A program made the translations under genes and the position numbers. A stretch of DNA of 15,868 nucleotides from Candidatus Micrarchaeota archaeon. GTDB lineage: Archaea; Micrarchaeota; Micrarchaeia; Anstonellales; Bilamarchaeaceae. Of this stretch, positions 15,820-15,868 are shown in pieces. Numbering within the stretch: position 1 is the first letter of the stretch; every line of letters begins with the position of its first letter. Below the pieces are notes generated by a model. That model ran no database searches. It was not told the DNA's origin and saw nothing but the letters and a program-made list of their open reading frames with translations. The stretch spans positions 1 through 15,868 of the forward strand of contig JBBITJ010000015.1 of NCBI GenBank assembly GCA_037440825.1. Reading direction: 5' to 3'.

Positions 15820-15868
15820 AATAAATATATTCATTTACTGGGATAAAATATGCGAGGGGTGAAGGGGA

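Noticed and set aside
15768..15868. FMN riboswitch upstream of ribB
   Set aside because: The region is very AT-rich with no RFN consensus, and the TATA spacing implies an essentially leaderless mRNA.

Overview
Gene-dense archaeal chromosomal window. Evidence for an archaeal origin: an A-type ATP synthase in the order C-F-A-B-D, TATA boxes about 22-31 nt upstream of apparently leaderless genes, GGTGA-type Shine-Dalgarno sites and archaeal-type RibB/RibC/RibH. A DPANN/Micrarchaeota-like host is my guess only. Left to right: the 3' part of the A1A0 ATP synthase operon followed by a YccU-like CoA-binding protein; a small membrane protein; thiI; a 524-aa RelA/SpoT homologue; a divergent 117-aa orphan; lysA; an 87-aa HEAT-like ORF; a stand-alone ACT-domain protein; a class I/II aminotransferase; and a complete riboflavin operon (ribB, ribC-ribH fusion, ribA, ribD). 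Highlights: (1) a long-RSH-derived putative (p)ppGpp-type synthetase in an archaeon, with intact synthetase motifs, a degenerate HD hydrolase domain and an unrecognised C-terminus in place of TGS/ACT; (2) an in-frame fusion of archaeal riboflavin synthase with lumazine synthase, inside an operon mixing archaeal and bacterial-type genes; (3) tandem TTAC-N10-GTAA boxes over the rib operon TATA box. No rRNA, tRNA, CRISPR array, intein or mobile element was seen.
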